The notes beneath the pieces are model-generated. The model made no database searches. It saw nothing but the letters and a program-made list of their open reading frames with translations, and was not told the origin of the DNA. This document shows, piece after piece, positions 1 to 9,600 of a stretch of DNA of 64,000 bases. Within the stretch, counting starts at the first letter, position 1; every line of letters starts with the position of its first letter. The stretch is from Fimbriimonadia bacterium (GTDB lineage Bacteria > Armatimonadota > Fimbriimonadia > Fimbriimonadales > JABRVX01), in NCBI GenBank assembly GCA_039961735.1, contig JABRVX010000044.1, forward strand, positions 3,212 through 67,211. The letters run 5' to 3'. The position numbers and the translations under genes were made by a program.

Positions 1-128
1 GACGTTTGAGAGAGCTGCACGCCGGGATAGGCAGCCTTGAGCAACGCCATACCCTCGGCGTTCGGGGAGCCGAATGAGCTGACTACGAACCACATCAGCG
101 CAAGGATCGTCGAGAGTCCGATGCGCAT
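1..128 (-). CDS. N-terminus of a secreted protein that runs off the window edge
   Basis: Minus strand reads MRIGLSTILALMWFVVSSFGSPNAEGMALLKAAYPGVQLSQT..., which looks like a signal peptide. AAGGGG lies directly before the ATG at 128. Confidence 0.5.
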   Translation of the reverse strand, partial: MRIGLSTILALMWFVVSSFGSPNAEGMALLKAAYPGVQLSQT

Positions 129-422
129 CCCCTTTTCGTATTCTCCTTCCGGACTCACCAGGGCTCCGGCGTAGAATCACATCCGGACCACAACGGCGAC
201 CGCACCGTGCGGTCACCCCCGGACGCGCAAACAGCTGCTGGGACTGTCCCGCCAGCCACTACATCCTAGCCTAAAAGCGGTGATTCGTCAAGGAGGTTAA
301 CCAAAGATTCGCGGACTCGAAGCGAAGAATGGACGCTGCCCAAAACGACTGGTATTCGGCCAGTAACGAAAGTGCCTGGCACCGGACCCGATCGGTGGTA
401 TGGAAAGGAATGCTAGTCGGGA

Positions 423-641
423 CTACACAGCCCGTTGGACCCGGCCTGTCTTGATGCAACGCGTGCAAACGCGCAACTTGCGCCGTGCCCCACCCTGGTC
501 CATGACCGCTCGGAAGGACTGGAGATTCGGCTTGAAGGTGCGCTTGCGGCGCTGTGCCTTCAGCTTCCACTGGCCGGAGTGCTTGTGCCGGATGTGGTTG
601 CCGTGCTGTAGGCCCTTCTGGCAAATGTCGCAGACGTACAT
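423..641 (-). CDS. rpmB: 50S ribosomal protein L28 (Zn-ribbon type)
   Basis: CDICQKG...FKPNLQ...LRVCTRCIKTG motifs. Start moved to ATG 641, which is preceded by AAGGA. Confidence 0.93.
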   Translation of the reverse strand: MYVCDICQKGLQHGNHIRHKHSGQWKLKAQRRKRTFKPNLQSFRAVMDQGGARRKLRVCTRCIKTGRVQRAV

Positions 642-680
642 AATCCTTTTGTCCTTCCGTATACTACAAAGGGGACGGCG

Positions 681-686
681 ATTGTA
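681..686 (-). promoter_or_regulatory. candidate -10 element (TACAAT) for rpmB
   Basis: TACAAT on the minus strand, about 40 nt upstream of the rpmB start, in the short divergent intergenic region. Confidence 0.35.
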
Positions 687-712
687 CCTCATGCCGGCCC
701 CGCGCGCAAGCT

Positions 713-1870
713 ATGCCGGACCCAGAGACCACTATTGCCGCACACGTCCGACGCATTGCTCCGCTCGCACCCGAAAACAGTATCGGCAGCGCGGCGGAGT
801 TCCTTCGCATGGCCGCTACCCCATTCGCGGTGGTCTGCGACGGCAACCGACCCGTAGGGATCATCGGGGAGACCGAACTGAGCGTTGCCGTTGCCACCGG
901 GTGTTCTCCGGAGGAGCCGGTCCGCAATCACATGGCCGTGGACCTGCCTGCAGTGGGCCCCGACGCCAGCCCGGAGCAGGCGGCAACAGCAATTCGCGAA
1001 GCAGGGCGTGGAGCGGCTGCCGTGGTCGGAGAGGAAGGGCGCTACCTCGGGATCGTCACGGCGGGGGACCTCATCAAGCGCTCGCCGCTTCCGCTGCTGC
1101 CCACCTTTATCGGGGGAATGGCTACGCCGTTCGGCGTCTACCTCACCACGGGCTTCGTCTCGGCGGGCCAGGGGTCGTGGGCGCTGGTGGCGACGGGCGC
1201 CCTGCTCTTCGTCCTGTTTCTGGCAGCCAACGCCATCGCTGCGGGGGTGGCTTGGGTCGCCGATTCGCTGCTCGGTGTCGGTGCGCTGGGGCTGTTCACC
1301 GTGGGGACTACGCCGGACCCTTCGCAGTGGCTGCGGTTGGCCGCTCACTCCGTTGTGGCCATAGCATTCCTGCTGCTACTGCGCACTATCCCACTCTCGG
1401 CCATTCACGGCGCCGAGCACAAGGTAGTTCACGCCATCGAGAAGCAGGAGCGACTGAGCTTGGAAGTGGTGAGACGCATGCCTCGGGTGCACGCTCGCTG
1501 TGGAACGAACCTGGCTGCCGGGGCTGCTCTTTTCCTGATGTTGGCGGGTGTCGGGTATGCACCGGAGTGGCAGCCGATCGGTCTCCTGGGCGCTCTCTTC
1601 GCTACGGTGGCGCTGTGGAGGCCGCTGGGGCAGGGGCTGCAGCGCCTCGCCACGACGCGCGAACCCTCCGACAGACAGATCGAACAGGCAATCGAAGCAG
1701 GCAAGGATCTGCTGGTCAAGGCTCGCAAGGCGGGTGACCCGCGGGCGCCCTTCCCGACCAGACTGGTGAACAGCGGCGTGCTGCAGATTCTGCTCGGCGC
1801 GCTCCTCTGCGCTACCGTCGTGGACCTTCTGGAACGCCTCCTGGGCTTCTCTCTGCCCGTGTTGGGCTAA
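713..1870 (+). CDS. CBS-domain / DUF1385 membrane protein
   Basis: N-terminal CBS-like pair (VGIIGETEL, YLGIVTAGDL), hydrophobic helices, and the DUF1385-type HGAEHK...HARCGT motif. Confidence 0.75.
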   Translation: MPDPETTIAAHVRRIAPLAPENSIGSAAEFLRMAATPFAVVCDGNRPVGIIGETELSVAVATGCSPEEPVRNHMAVDLPAVGPDASPEQAATAIREAGRGAAAVVGEEGRYLGIVTAGDLIKRSPLPLLPTFIGGMATPFGVYLTTGFVSAGQGSWALVATGALLFVLFLAANAIAAGVAWVADSLLGVGALGLFTVGTTPDPSQWLRLAAHSVVAIAFLLLLRTIPLSAIHGAEHKVVHAIEKQERLSLEVVRRMPRVHARCGTNLAAGAALFLMLAGVGYAPEWQPIGLLGALFATVALWRPLGQGLQRLATTREPSDRQIEQAIEAGKDLLVKARKAGDPRAPFPTRLVNSGVLQILLGALLCATVVDLLERLLGFSLPVLG

Positions 1871-3741
1871 GGGACCCCGGCCAAGCGAGCCGTCTGTAGG
1901 AACTGCTGGTCGTCAATGAAGGTGTCGAAGCGTTTCACGAGGTTGCCCTCGCCGTCGTAGAAGAACACTGCGGGGTAAGACCGTACCCCGAAGCGCCGCT
2001 CCCACGACGCCACCATCTCCGTACGAGACGTTCCGTCCGCTTTGAACGCAGCCATCTGTCGCAGCGCCTGGCGAACTGCTGGGTGCGAGAAGGTCTTCGC
2101 CTCGATCTCCTTGCACTTCGCACACCAGTCCGCCGTGAAATCCACGATCACGGGCTTGCCCGAGCCGAGCACCTGCTCGAACTGCGCCAAGTCCATCGGC
2201 TGCCAATACACATCCTCGACCTCCGCCTTGCCAAGCGCCGGCTGCAGAGCGATTGCAGCGTAAAACGCAGCCCCCAACGCGAACACGCTCTTCAACGCGA
2301 TCATGCCGGTCTGTGTGCGCCCGGTGTGATCGAAGACCAAAAGGTAAAGCGCTGCGCCGAGCAGGTAGGCAGCCCAGACCCACGCCATCCCCTCCTTGCC
2401 GATCAGCGGGGTGAGGGCAAAGCTGAAGTAGTAGAGGCCCGAGGCGATGACGGCGAGGCCCAGGATGTGCTTCACCGTCACCATCCACTCCCCCGGCCTC
2501 GCGAGCACGCTTAGTGCACCGGTCATGATCAGCACCGCCACCGGCAGGCCGAGGCCGATACCCATGGTGGTGAACGCCAACATCCCGAAGGGAACGTCGC
2601 GTGCCTCGAACACCAAGCTCGCCGTGACCGCGATTACCGGCCCTCCGCACGGCACGGCGGCAACACCGATGAAGCCCCCCATCATAAGCGCGCCGACTAG
2701 TCCTGCCCGACCTCGCAAGCCGCTGCTGAGGCCTGCTGGAAGCGATATCTGATACACGTCGAACATCGCCAGCGCAAGGGCGATCATCAGCACGCCGAGA
2801 CCCACCGTGAACCACGCGTGCTGGTAGAGCGCCCCGAACACCTGTCCCGTGGCGCCGAACAAGGTGCCTAAAGCGCCGAACACCGCTGCAGCCCCGATCA
2901 GAAACGCCAATCCGAATGCCACGCGTCCACCCGGGGCCGTTGTGCTCTGCTTCGAGATGAAGCCTGCAGTGGGCGCGATGATGGGATAGACGCATGGCGT
3001 GAGGTTCAGAATGAAACCGGCCAGCAGGAATCCCGGCAACAGCCACATCCACGCGCCCTCCTTATGCATGCGCGCCAGGCGGGCCGCGAAACTCTCCTCG
3101 AACCCCGGTGCCGCTTGCGTCTGCATAGGCTGCTGCTCGACGGCAGGCTCCGGCTGGCCGACCTGTGGTTCCTGCTCTGCGGCCACCTGCTGATCGGGCT
3201 GAGTTGGGGCCTCCGGCTCTTGCTGCCCCACGGTGGGGTCCGGTGGCGTCGGCTCCTGCGTTGCACTGTCGGGAGGCTTGGGCGCGGGGGATTCCGATTC
3301 GATGGACACCACGGACTGTGCAGCGACTTCACCCGGGCGCAGGCACACGGCATCGTCGCAAAGCTGGTATCGGACGGTGAGGGAAATCGGATGCTTGCCG
3401 GATGCGTCCTTCGGCAGTTCCAGTGTCGCCTGGACGCTGACCGTGCCATCGTATGCTCCGACCTGCTCGCCTCCGAACTCGATCATCTTGCCGGGCGGGT
3501 AGGTCGCAGTCTTCAGAGCTGCGCCAGAGACGCTCGTGACCGCCAGCGGTATCAGGCCTTCGCCGGTCGGCGGGTTGGAGTAGGCGTGATAGCCCTTCGG
3601 GATCGTAACGGACACCGTGGCTTGCACCGTGGCACCCGGCTTTGCCGCGTCCGGGTCGAGCTTCAGCGCGACCTGAGGAGCAGGCTGAGAGAAGACCAGC
3701 GCACCGGCTGTGAGTAGCACGGCGCAGAGCATCTGCCGCAT
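1867..3741 (-). CDS. dsbD: Protein-disulfide reductase DsbD (alpha domain, CcdA-like TM domain, thioredoxin domain)
   Basis: Signal peptide, CDDAVC, TM motifs TPCVYP and VPCGGP, and C-terminal DFTADWCAKC. Confidence 0.88.
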   Translation of the reverse strand: MRQMLCAVLLTAGALVFSQPAPQVALKLDPDAAKPGATVQATVSVTIPKGYHAYSNPPTGEGLIPLAVTSVSGAALKTATYPPGKMIEFGGEQVGAYDGTVSVQATLELPKDASGKHPISLTVRYQLCDDAVCLRPGEVAAQSVVSIESESPAPKPPDSATQEPTPPDPTVGQQEPEAPTQPDQQVAAEQEPQVGQPEPAVEQQPMQTQAAPGFEESFAARLARMHKEGAWMWLLPGFLLAGFILNLTPCVYPIIAPTAGFISKQSTTAPGGRVAFGLAFLIGAAAVFGALGTLFGATGQVFGALYQHAWFTVGLGVLMIALALAMFDVYQISLPAGLSSGLRGRAGLVGALMMGGFIGVAAVPCGGPVIAVTASLVFEARDVPFGMLAFTTMGIGLGLPVAVLIMTGALSVLARPGEWMVTVKHILGLAVIASGLYYFSFALTPLIGKEGMAWVWAAYLLGAALYLLVFDHTGRTQTGMIALKSVFALGAAFYAAIALQPALGKAEVEDVYWQPMDLAQFEQVLGSGKPVIVDFTADWCAKCKEIEAKTFSHPAVRQALRQMAAFKADGTSRTEMVASWERRFGVRSYPAVFFYDGEGNLVKRFDTFIDDQQFLQTARLAGVP

Positions 3742-4041
3742 GAAGAACCCTCCGAGCGTCTCGTGACCTGTGTCATACCCCTAAACGCACGGCACGCGCC
3801 CGCGGTTTCACGGCAGCCCGGTGGCCCGTGTTTCATGCGGTGGAGCCGCAGCAGCTGGGCATCGCCCCCCACACCCACTCGCATCCCAACAGGCGAACAG
3901 TGAGCCTAACACAGTGCCCCTGCGCACACGAAGACCCCCGATGCCCTGCCCTGCGTCCGCCGCGCACTCAAGCCCTCTCCGGCGGGACGCCCGTAAGTTC
4001 GCCGTCCCGGCGTATCCGTCATGTCCGGCGAGACGCCGGAA

Positions 4042-5382
4042 TTACGCCTTCCGACGTAGCATCAGCGGCAGGAGGCAGGTGCCGAGCAGCAGCAGACAAC
4101 TCGGCTCCGGGATAGGCGTGGACAGGTAGATCCACTTCATGTCGCCCTCGGATGTGATCCAGAGCACGTGACCGTTCTCACCGACTGCCATGCCTACGGC
4201 GTAGTGGTCCGGTCCCAGCAGGTCAGCGGAGAGGTCGAAGCCGTTCACGAAGACATGCGCTCGGTGGTTGGTCAGCTCACCGGATCCCCACCATACCGCA
4301 TTCCCGAAGCGGTCAATTCCAACGCCGATCTGCTCATCCATGCTGTTCATCTTGCCTAGCAGCGCCGTTGACAGGTCTTCATGATTCCGGAAAGTCACGA
4401 GTCCGCGGACGGCGCCGCTGCCTTGCCACAGTACGTCACCGGTTGCGCTTACGAACGTATCGGTCTGTATGACGCCATAGGGCTCATCGCCAAACACCGG
4501 AGTCGAGTAGTCCTCGTAGTTCCGCATGAGGCGCGTCACGCTCGGCGATTCGTCGAACATGTACCACCAAAACGTACCATCCTCCTGAAGGGCCTCGGCG
4601 TGGGCCCCGCGGATGCGAGGGTACCGACTAAGCGTCAAGTTCTCACTGTTCAAGAACAGGCATCCCACCCCACCGGTCGCTTCCCCATAGCCGGACCACA
4701 GCACGTTGCCTGCCGCGTCGAGTCTCACTCCACCCAACACACGCCTGTTGGCACCAAGTATCGGCGCAGAGTAGTTCACATCGTTGATGAACATCTCCTT
4801 GTAACGCGCTCCTTGGTCATCCGTCAGCCAGCCGTGCCACGCTGCGACTCCCGCCGCATTCATGTCTTGTAGCGTAACACTAGTCACCGCACGCCCGCGC
4901 GACAGCTCGTCCGTCCCGAGGAACACACGGTCCGGTTGACCGCTGTCACGCCGGAGCCACAGTGGCCGCCCGTCCGCGGTAACAAAGCGCGAGTGATCTT
5001 GGGTCGGCCGGCTCGGGGGGAACAACTCCCTGTAGAAGTCGCGATCCTCTACCATCACGTGCAGCGACCGCTGGGGCTCTGCGTCTAGTGCCCGCCACGA
5101 AACCTGATCGGAAGCGTTGATCGCCGAAACGAGACCCTGAGCCAACGGACCGAAGTAGTGCCTGTTCAGGTTGGTCTTGTACTTCCATGCCTGGTTGCCG
5201 TACCCGTACTCCACAGTGCTGTAGATGGGAACGCCGTTCGGGCTGACGCCGTGATACGTTGGGCTGGAGATCGCCACCCAGAAGTAATCTCCCGCCAGGA
5301 GAAGCTCATGCTTCCACTGCGTCTGTGCCAGTGCGAATGAACACCACGCGAGGACTAGGATGACTGTAAGGATTGATCTCAT
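4042..5382 (-). CDS. PEP-CTERM secreted protein with repeated propeller-like blades
   Basis: Signal peptide; C-terminal PIPEPSCLLLLGTCLLPLMLRRKA; about eight repeats of the form x-x-x-G-x-V-x-W. Confidence 0.85.
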   Translation of the reverse strand: MRSILTVILVLAWCSFALAQTQWKHELLLAGDYFWVAISSPTYHGVSPNGVPIYSTVEYGYGNQAWKYKTNLNRHYFGPLAQGLVSAINASDQVSWRALDAEPQRSLHVMVEDRDFYRELFPPSRPTQDHSRFVTADGRPLWLRRDSGQPDRVFLGTDELSRGRAVTSVTLQDMNAAGVAAWHGWLTDDQGARYKEMFINDVNYSAPILGANRRVLGGVRLDAAGNVLWSGYGEATGGVGCLFLNSENLTLSRYPRIRGAHAEALQEDGTFWWYMFDESPSVTRLMRNYEDYSTPVFGDEPYGVIQTDTFVSATGDVLWQGSGAVRGLVTFRNHEDLSTALLGKMNSMDEQIGVGIDRFGNAVWWGSGELTNHRAHVFVNGFDLSADLLGPDHYAVGMAVGENGHVLWITSEGDMKWIYLSTPIPEPSCLLLLGTCLLPLMLRRKA

Positions 5383-5439
5383 CGGATCTGCCTTTCCAAA
5401 ACGCGGGGAGGCCGCTAAGTGTGGCCCTCCCCTGTAACA

Positions 5440-6944
5440 CTACTTCCCCCAACGGGCGATTACGTACCCGTCGGAGGTAGTGAACACGACGGCGCCATCG
5501 TAGTCAATCGCAAGGTCTTGGCGCGGGATGGTCTTACCCAGGTTGATGGGGAACCCGTAGGGGATCGTGCTCCCTGCGGGCTCCATAACGTAGTACTTGC
5601 CGTTCGTGGTGATCACGTACAGCCAGTTGGTCTCGCCGTTCTTCCGCCAGATGGCGGGCGCGGAGGTGATCTCGTCAGCGTCCCCACCCATCTTGACGCG
5701 GACATACCCCTGGGCCTTGCTCTCGCCGGGGTTCAGGTCGAGGACGCGCACCAAGGTCGGCTTGCCGTTGCCGGACGCGGTGTCCAGCGTGCCTTGGTAC
5801 AGGTTGGCATTGTCGGCCATGTCGTTGCACATGTTCGCAACCAGCTTGCCGATGTCATAGTTCTGCGGGGGATACACCATAGTCGTGCGCATCTGGTCCA
5901 CGCGCCCGTTCGGGTTGTCCTCCCACCGGTTGTTGGAGTCTGGATCGACCGAGTAGATTCGGCCCTTGTAGTTGCCGGCGTTGTACGTCGCGAAGTACAC
6001 ACGTGTGGCGCTCGCGAGCATCGCCCAGCTTTTGCACTCCTGGGTCTCCGATTCGTCGCGCCAGCGCCAGTGTCTGACTACTGTCGAACCCTCATCTTCC
6101 CACAACTCCAGCCGCGCGTTCTCGGTAGTCACGTACAGGTACGCCTCATCCTCGGCCTGAGGTCCCGGCTCGGAAAGACTGAAGGCCACCGCAGGCGTGC
6201 TCACGACAGGCCCGCTCGTCTCGGCATCCCACTTGTAGTCCTGGTTGGCAGGGGTGCCCGAGTAGTACCTGTAGAACCCGTAGACATGGCCCGCGGAGGA
6301 GCCAACGTAGATGCTGGCGCCACCGTGAGCCGGAGCCGTGAGGGTCTCGCCCTGGCCCGTAAGATCCGCCGAGCGCCAGATGCGGTCACCCGTCTCGGCG
6401 TCAATACAGTGCAGACGGCCGGATGTGTCGCTGACGTAAACAGCGCGCGCCGGTGTGTTGCCCGTCGTGACGAGCAAGGGTGTGCCGATGGGGTCGCCGT
6501 CACAGGTGTAGGTCCACACGGGGTCGTCGTCCACCGTGAACACCATTGGTGCGGCGATGCCGCCCGAGTTCACGCGGTAGCAGTAGACCTTCCCGTCGTC
6601 TGCCCCCACGAAGAACTCGTAACCGTAGTCGTCGTCGGACGGCTCCGCTGGGGGTTCCACGGGTATCTCGCTCAGGAAGAGACCGATGGCCACGCCGCCC
6701 GTTGCGACGGCACCGTTAGGGAGCGCCTTGCTCCACTTCTGCGTGCCGGCGACGTAGTTATCGTACTGCCCAGTACCCTCGGACAGCCTTACGAGCCCCT
6801 GCGGGTAGTAGCCGGAGTGAGAATAGTCCTTGCCGCCCATGGGCCATTGTCCCCAAAGGTCGGCGCTAACGGGGGTCAGGAGGAGGGCTGCCCCCCCCCC
6901 CATAGAGTAAGCAAGGCCGCAATCCGAGATTGCATCTCTGCCAT
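5440..6944 (-). CDS. PQQ/BamB-like beta-propeller secreted protein; signal peptide out of frame at a G11 tract
   Basis: Blade motifs (TPLLV, TAPAHGG, VSTPAV, ITSAPAI; YCY/LHCID/YGFY). ATG 6944 frame stops at 6878-6876 unless the G11 tract changes length. Alternative start is ATG 6903. Confidence 0.75.
6891..6901 (-). repeat. G11 homopolymer tract (C11 on plus strand)
   Basis: Eleven consecutive C at 6891-6901, counted directly. Confidence 0.95.
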
Positions 6945-7096
6945 TCACCTTCCAGTTAGGGATGGTCGGTCCGGCCCGGCGGCCGTCCGGCCCCGGTCGG
7001 ACCGTCAGCAATACAGACGTGCATAGGATACACCAAAGTTCGCCGTCCGCAACCTGCTGCCCGACTCTTCTCCACAAGCATGGACTGTTAGCATGG

Positions 7097-8008
7097 CTAT
7101 GCTCTGCTGAGGTCAGGCACTTGGCACGTGCGCTGACGGCGACCGGCGGCGCCCCCGGGCATCCTCCGGAGTGCTGGCACACGTCGCTCCACGCACAGCC
7201 CTTCACTCACCTCCAGGGCGACGCCCAGTTCGGAAGCAAGACGCTCCATCGTTCGCCCGACCTCTCTGCCGGGAAGTGCAGTTGCGTCCGGACCTCGCTC
7301 CCGCAAGTATGCCCGCCGTCGTTGCTCGTAGTAGGGTGGCAACCACGGCTGGTGGCGCAGTGGCATGGCCAAAACCGGCACGCCTATCTTTGCGAACTCG
7401 GTGAGAATGGCTCTCATCGCGCGCTCGGTATCGGTCACTCCCGGCAGCACGGGCGCCCAGAAGATGCTGACGCGGATGCCCGCATCTCGCAGCCTTCGCA
7501 CACACTCCAACCTCCCGGCGGGGGCGGGGGCGTTCGGTTCAAAGGCCCGGCGCACGGCATCGTCCACGAACGGGATAGACACGTTCACCCGCACGTTCGC
7601 GAGCCGGGCCAGCACGTCCACGTCGCGTAGCACCAGTGGCGAGCGAGTGGTAATCGAAACCGGATTGTCGTAGAAGCAGAGCTGTTCGAGAAGCGAGCGG
7701 GTAATTCGGTGGGTCCGCTCCGCGGGCTGATAGGGATCCGTCGCCGTGCCCATGGCGATCCGCTCGCCAGGCTTCACGGCCCGCATCTGGCGCCTCAGCG
7801 TCTCGGCGGCGTTCCCCTTCACTTCTACGTACTCGCCCCAGGACGCGGGCAGCTCCACGCCGAGGCGAGCCTTCATGGCGGGCACGAAGCAGTAGGAGCA
7901 CCCGAACGCGCACCCGCCGTAAGGGTTCACGGTCCAGTCGGCGAAGTCGAGCGGGCACCGGTTGAGGATGGTGCCGCATCGGATGACCTTGAGCGCAGGC
8001 GACCTCAT
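7097..8008 (-). CDS. Radical SAM protein, SplB/Rv2578c-like (DNA repair photolyase-like family)
   Basis: NPYGGCAFGCSYCF (CxxxCxxC), GTATDPYQPAE, TTRSPLVLRD, FEPNAP motifs. Confidence 0.85.
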   Translation of the reverse strand: MRSPALKVIRCGTILNRCPLDFADWTVNPYGGCAFGCSYCFVPAMKARLGVELPASWGEYVEVKGNAAETLRRQMRAVKPGERIAMGTATDPYQPAERTHRITRSLLEQLCFYDNPVSITTRSPLVLRDVDVLARLANVRVNVSIPFVDDAVRRAFEPNAPAPAGRLECVRRLRDAGIRVSIFWAPVLPGVTDTERAMRAILTEFAKIGVPVLAMPLRHQPWLPPYYEQRRRAYLRERGPDATALPGREVGRTMERLASELGVALEVSEGLCVERRVPALRRMPGGAAGRRQRTCQVPDLSRA

Positions 8009-8127
8009 ATAGACAATATAGCACATTATGCAGACATTTGTCTACCTGCAGGTTTTGGCCTTCCCACCCGCTCCGGCCAACTGCTCCCCCGGATCGGTCG
8101 TGAGCATCCAAGGCATCACACCGCACA

Positions 8128-8170
8128 CCCCTCCCCTGACCCACCCTCGCCATCGGGTGAGCGATGGGAG
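8128..8170. repeat. C-rich/G-rich intergenic palindromic element
   Basis: cccctcccctgacccaccctcgccatcgggtgagcgatgggag resembles elements at about 24530, 24955, 25196 and 63672. Confidence 0.4.
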
Positions 8171-8201
8171 CGTGTCACGTGTACCGGTGAAGGCGCCGGG
8201 G

Positions 8202-9293
8202 TTACGACTTGCGCTGGAAGTCCACCATGAACTGTGCTAGATCATCGCAGCCTTTCGCAGGAAACGCGTTGTAGATGGACGCGCGCAGGCCACCCACCGA
8301 CCGGTGTCCCTTCAGCCCAGCGAACCCGGCGGCCGCAGCCTCCGTGATGAACTGCTTCTCCAGGTCCTCCGTGGCCATCCGGAACGTCACGTTCATCAGC
8401 GAACGGCAATCCGGCTGTGCGTGCCCGCGGTAGAAACCGCCGCTCTCGTCAATCACTTTGTACAACACGCTTGCCTTGCGCCTGTTCCGCTCGAACATCG
8501 CCTGCAAGCCTCCCTCTGCCTGCACGTACTTCACTACCAGCCCCACGATGTAGATCGCGAAGCAGGGTGGGGTGTTGTACAGCGAGTCGTTCTCGGCCTG
8601 CAGCTTGTAGTCGAGCATCGAATGCAGCCCCTCGGGCACCTTCTCGAGTAAGTCCTCGCGGATGATAACGACGGTTACACCCGCGGGCCCCATGTTCTTC
8701 TGCGCACCCGCGTAGATGAGGCCGTACTTCGAGACGTCCACCGGCCTGCTGAGGATGTCCGAGGACATGTCGCAGACGAGAGGTGCGCCCCCGCTGTCCG
8801 GCTCCGTGGGCCACTCTACGCCGTGAATCGTCTCGTTGGACGTGAAGTGCACGTATGCAGCGCCCGGCGTCAGCGAGATTGCGGTCGGCAGCCGGTCGAA
8901 GTTCGTTTCCTCGCAAGTGGCGGCGATGTTCACTTTGCCCACTCGCTTCGCTTCCTTCACCGCCTTCTTCGACCAGCTCCCCGTGACGATGTAGTCGGCG
9001 GTGCCGTCTGCTGGCAGGAAGTTCATGGGAACCATGCTGAACTGCAGGCTCGCGCCGCCCTGCAGGAACAAGATGCGGTAGTTGTCCGGAACGCCCATCA
9101 GCTTCTTCAGGTTGTCCTTCGCAGCCTGATGAATGGCGTCGTAGTGCTTTCCGCGGTGGCTCATTTCGAGCACGGACATGCCGGCACCGGGATAGGAGAA
9201 CAGGTCGCGCTGAGCCTCCAGTAGCACCGGCTCCGGGAGCACCGCCGGGCCGGCCGAGAAGTTGTAAACGCGCGTCGTTTCGGGGGAAGCCAT
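8202..9293 (-). CDS. serC: Phosphoserine aminotransferase
   Basis: YNFSAGP, VLEMSHR, YAGAQKN (PLP lysine) and GHRSVGGLRASIYNA. Start taken at ATG 9293. Confidence 0.97.
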   Translation of the reverse strand: MASPETTRVYNFSAGPAVLPEPVLLEAQRDLFSYPGAGMSVLEMSHRGKHYDAIHQAAKDNLKKLMGVPDNYRILFLQGGASLQFSMVPMNFLPADGTADYIVTGSWSKKAVKEAKRVGKVNIAATCEETNFDRLPTAISLTPGAAYVHFTSNETIHGVEWPTEPDSGGAPLVCDMSSDILSRPVDVSKYGLIYAGAQKNMGPAGVTVVIIREDLLEKVPEGLHSMLDYKLQAENDSLYNTPPCFAIYIVGLVVKYVQAEGGLQAMFERNRRKASVLYKVIDESGGFYRGHAQPDCRSLMNVTFRMATEDLEKQFITEAAAAGFAGLKGHRSVGGLRASIYNAFPAKGCDDLAQFMVDFQRKS

Positions 9294-9600
9294 CTTGCCC
9301 TCCAATTGCTTCGAGTGATTAGTAGCCCATTGTTCGACATTCGGCCCCGACGTCCCTGTGCCCCCGAAAATGGGTGGAGGAGAATGGCCTAGAGACATCG
9401 GCTGTGCCGCAACCGCCTTGCTCGCACTTGCGACAGCCCTGTATGGCATGGAACCTGCCGTAGTTCTACGGGCGAGAAGGTGGAACCGTGGTACCGCAGT
9501 CCGGGTTATTACCTGAAGTGGAGGGGTTGCATGCCCTAGGCGCTACCCCCCGCCCAAACGGTGGCCGTTTGTGAACAGCACGGCCCGGGTAAGTGGAGGA

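Noticed and set aside
130-420. Riboswitch in the leader of the edge gene or downstream of rpmB
   Set aside because: I could not match conserved cores of c-di-GMP, T-box or other known classes by eye; an Rfam scan would be needed.
6903-7206. N-terminal 100 aa of the 588-aa ORF 5440..7206
   Set aside because: It overlaps the radical SAM gene end, has no protein-like character, and a better start with a signal peptide exists at 6944.
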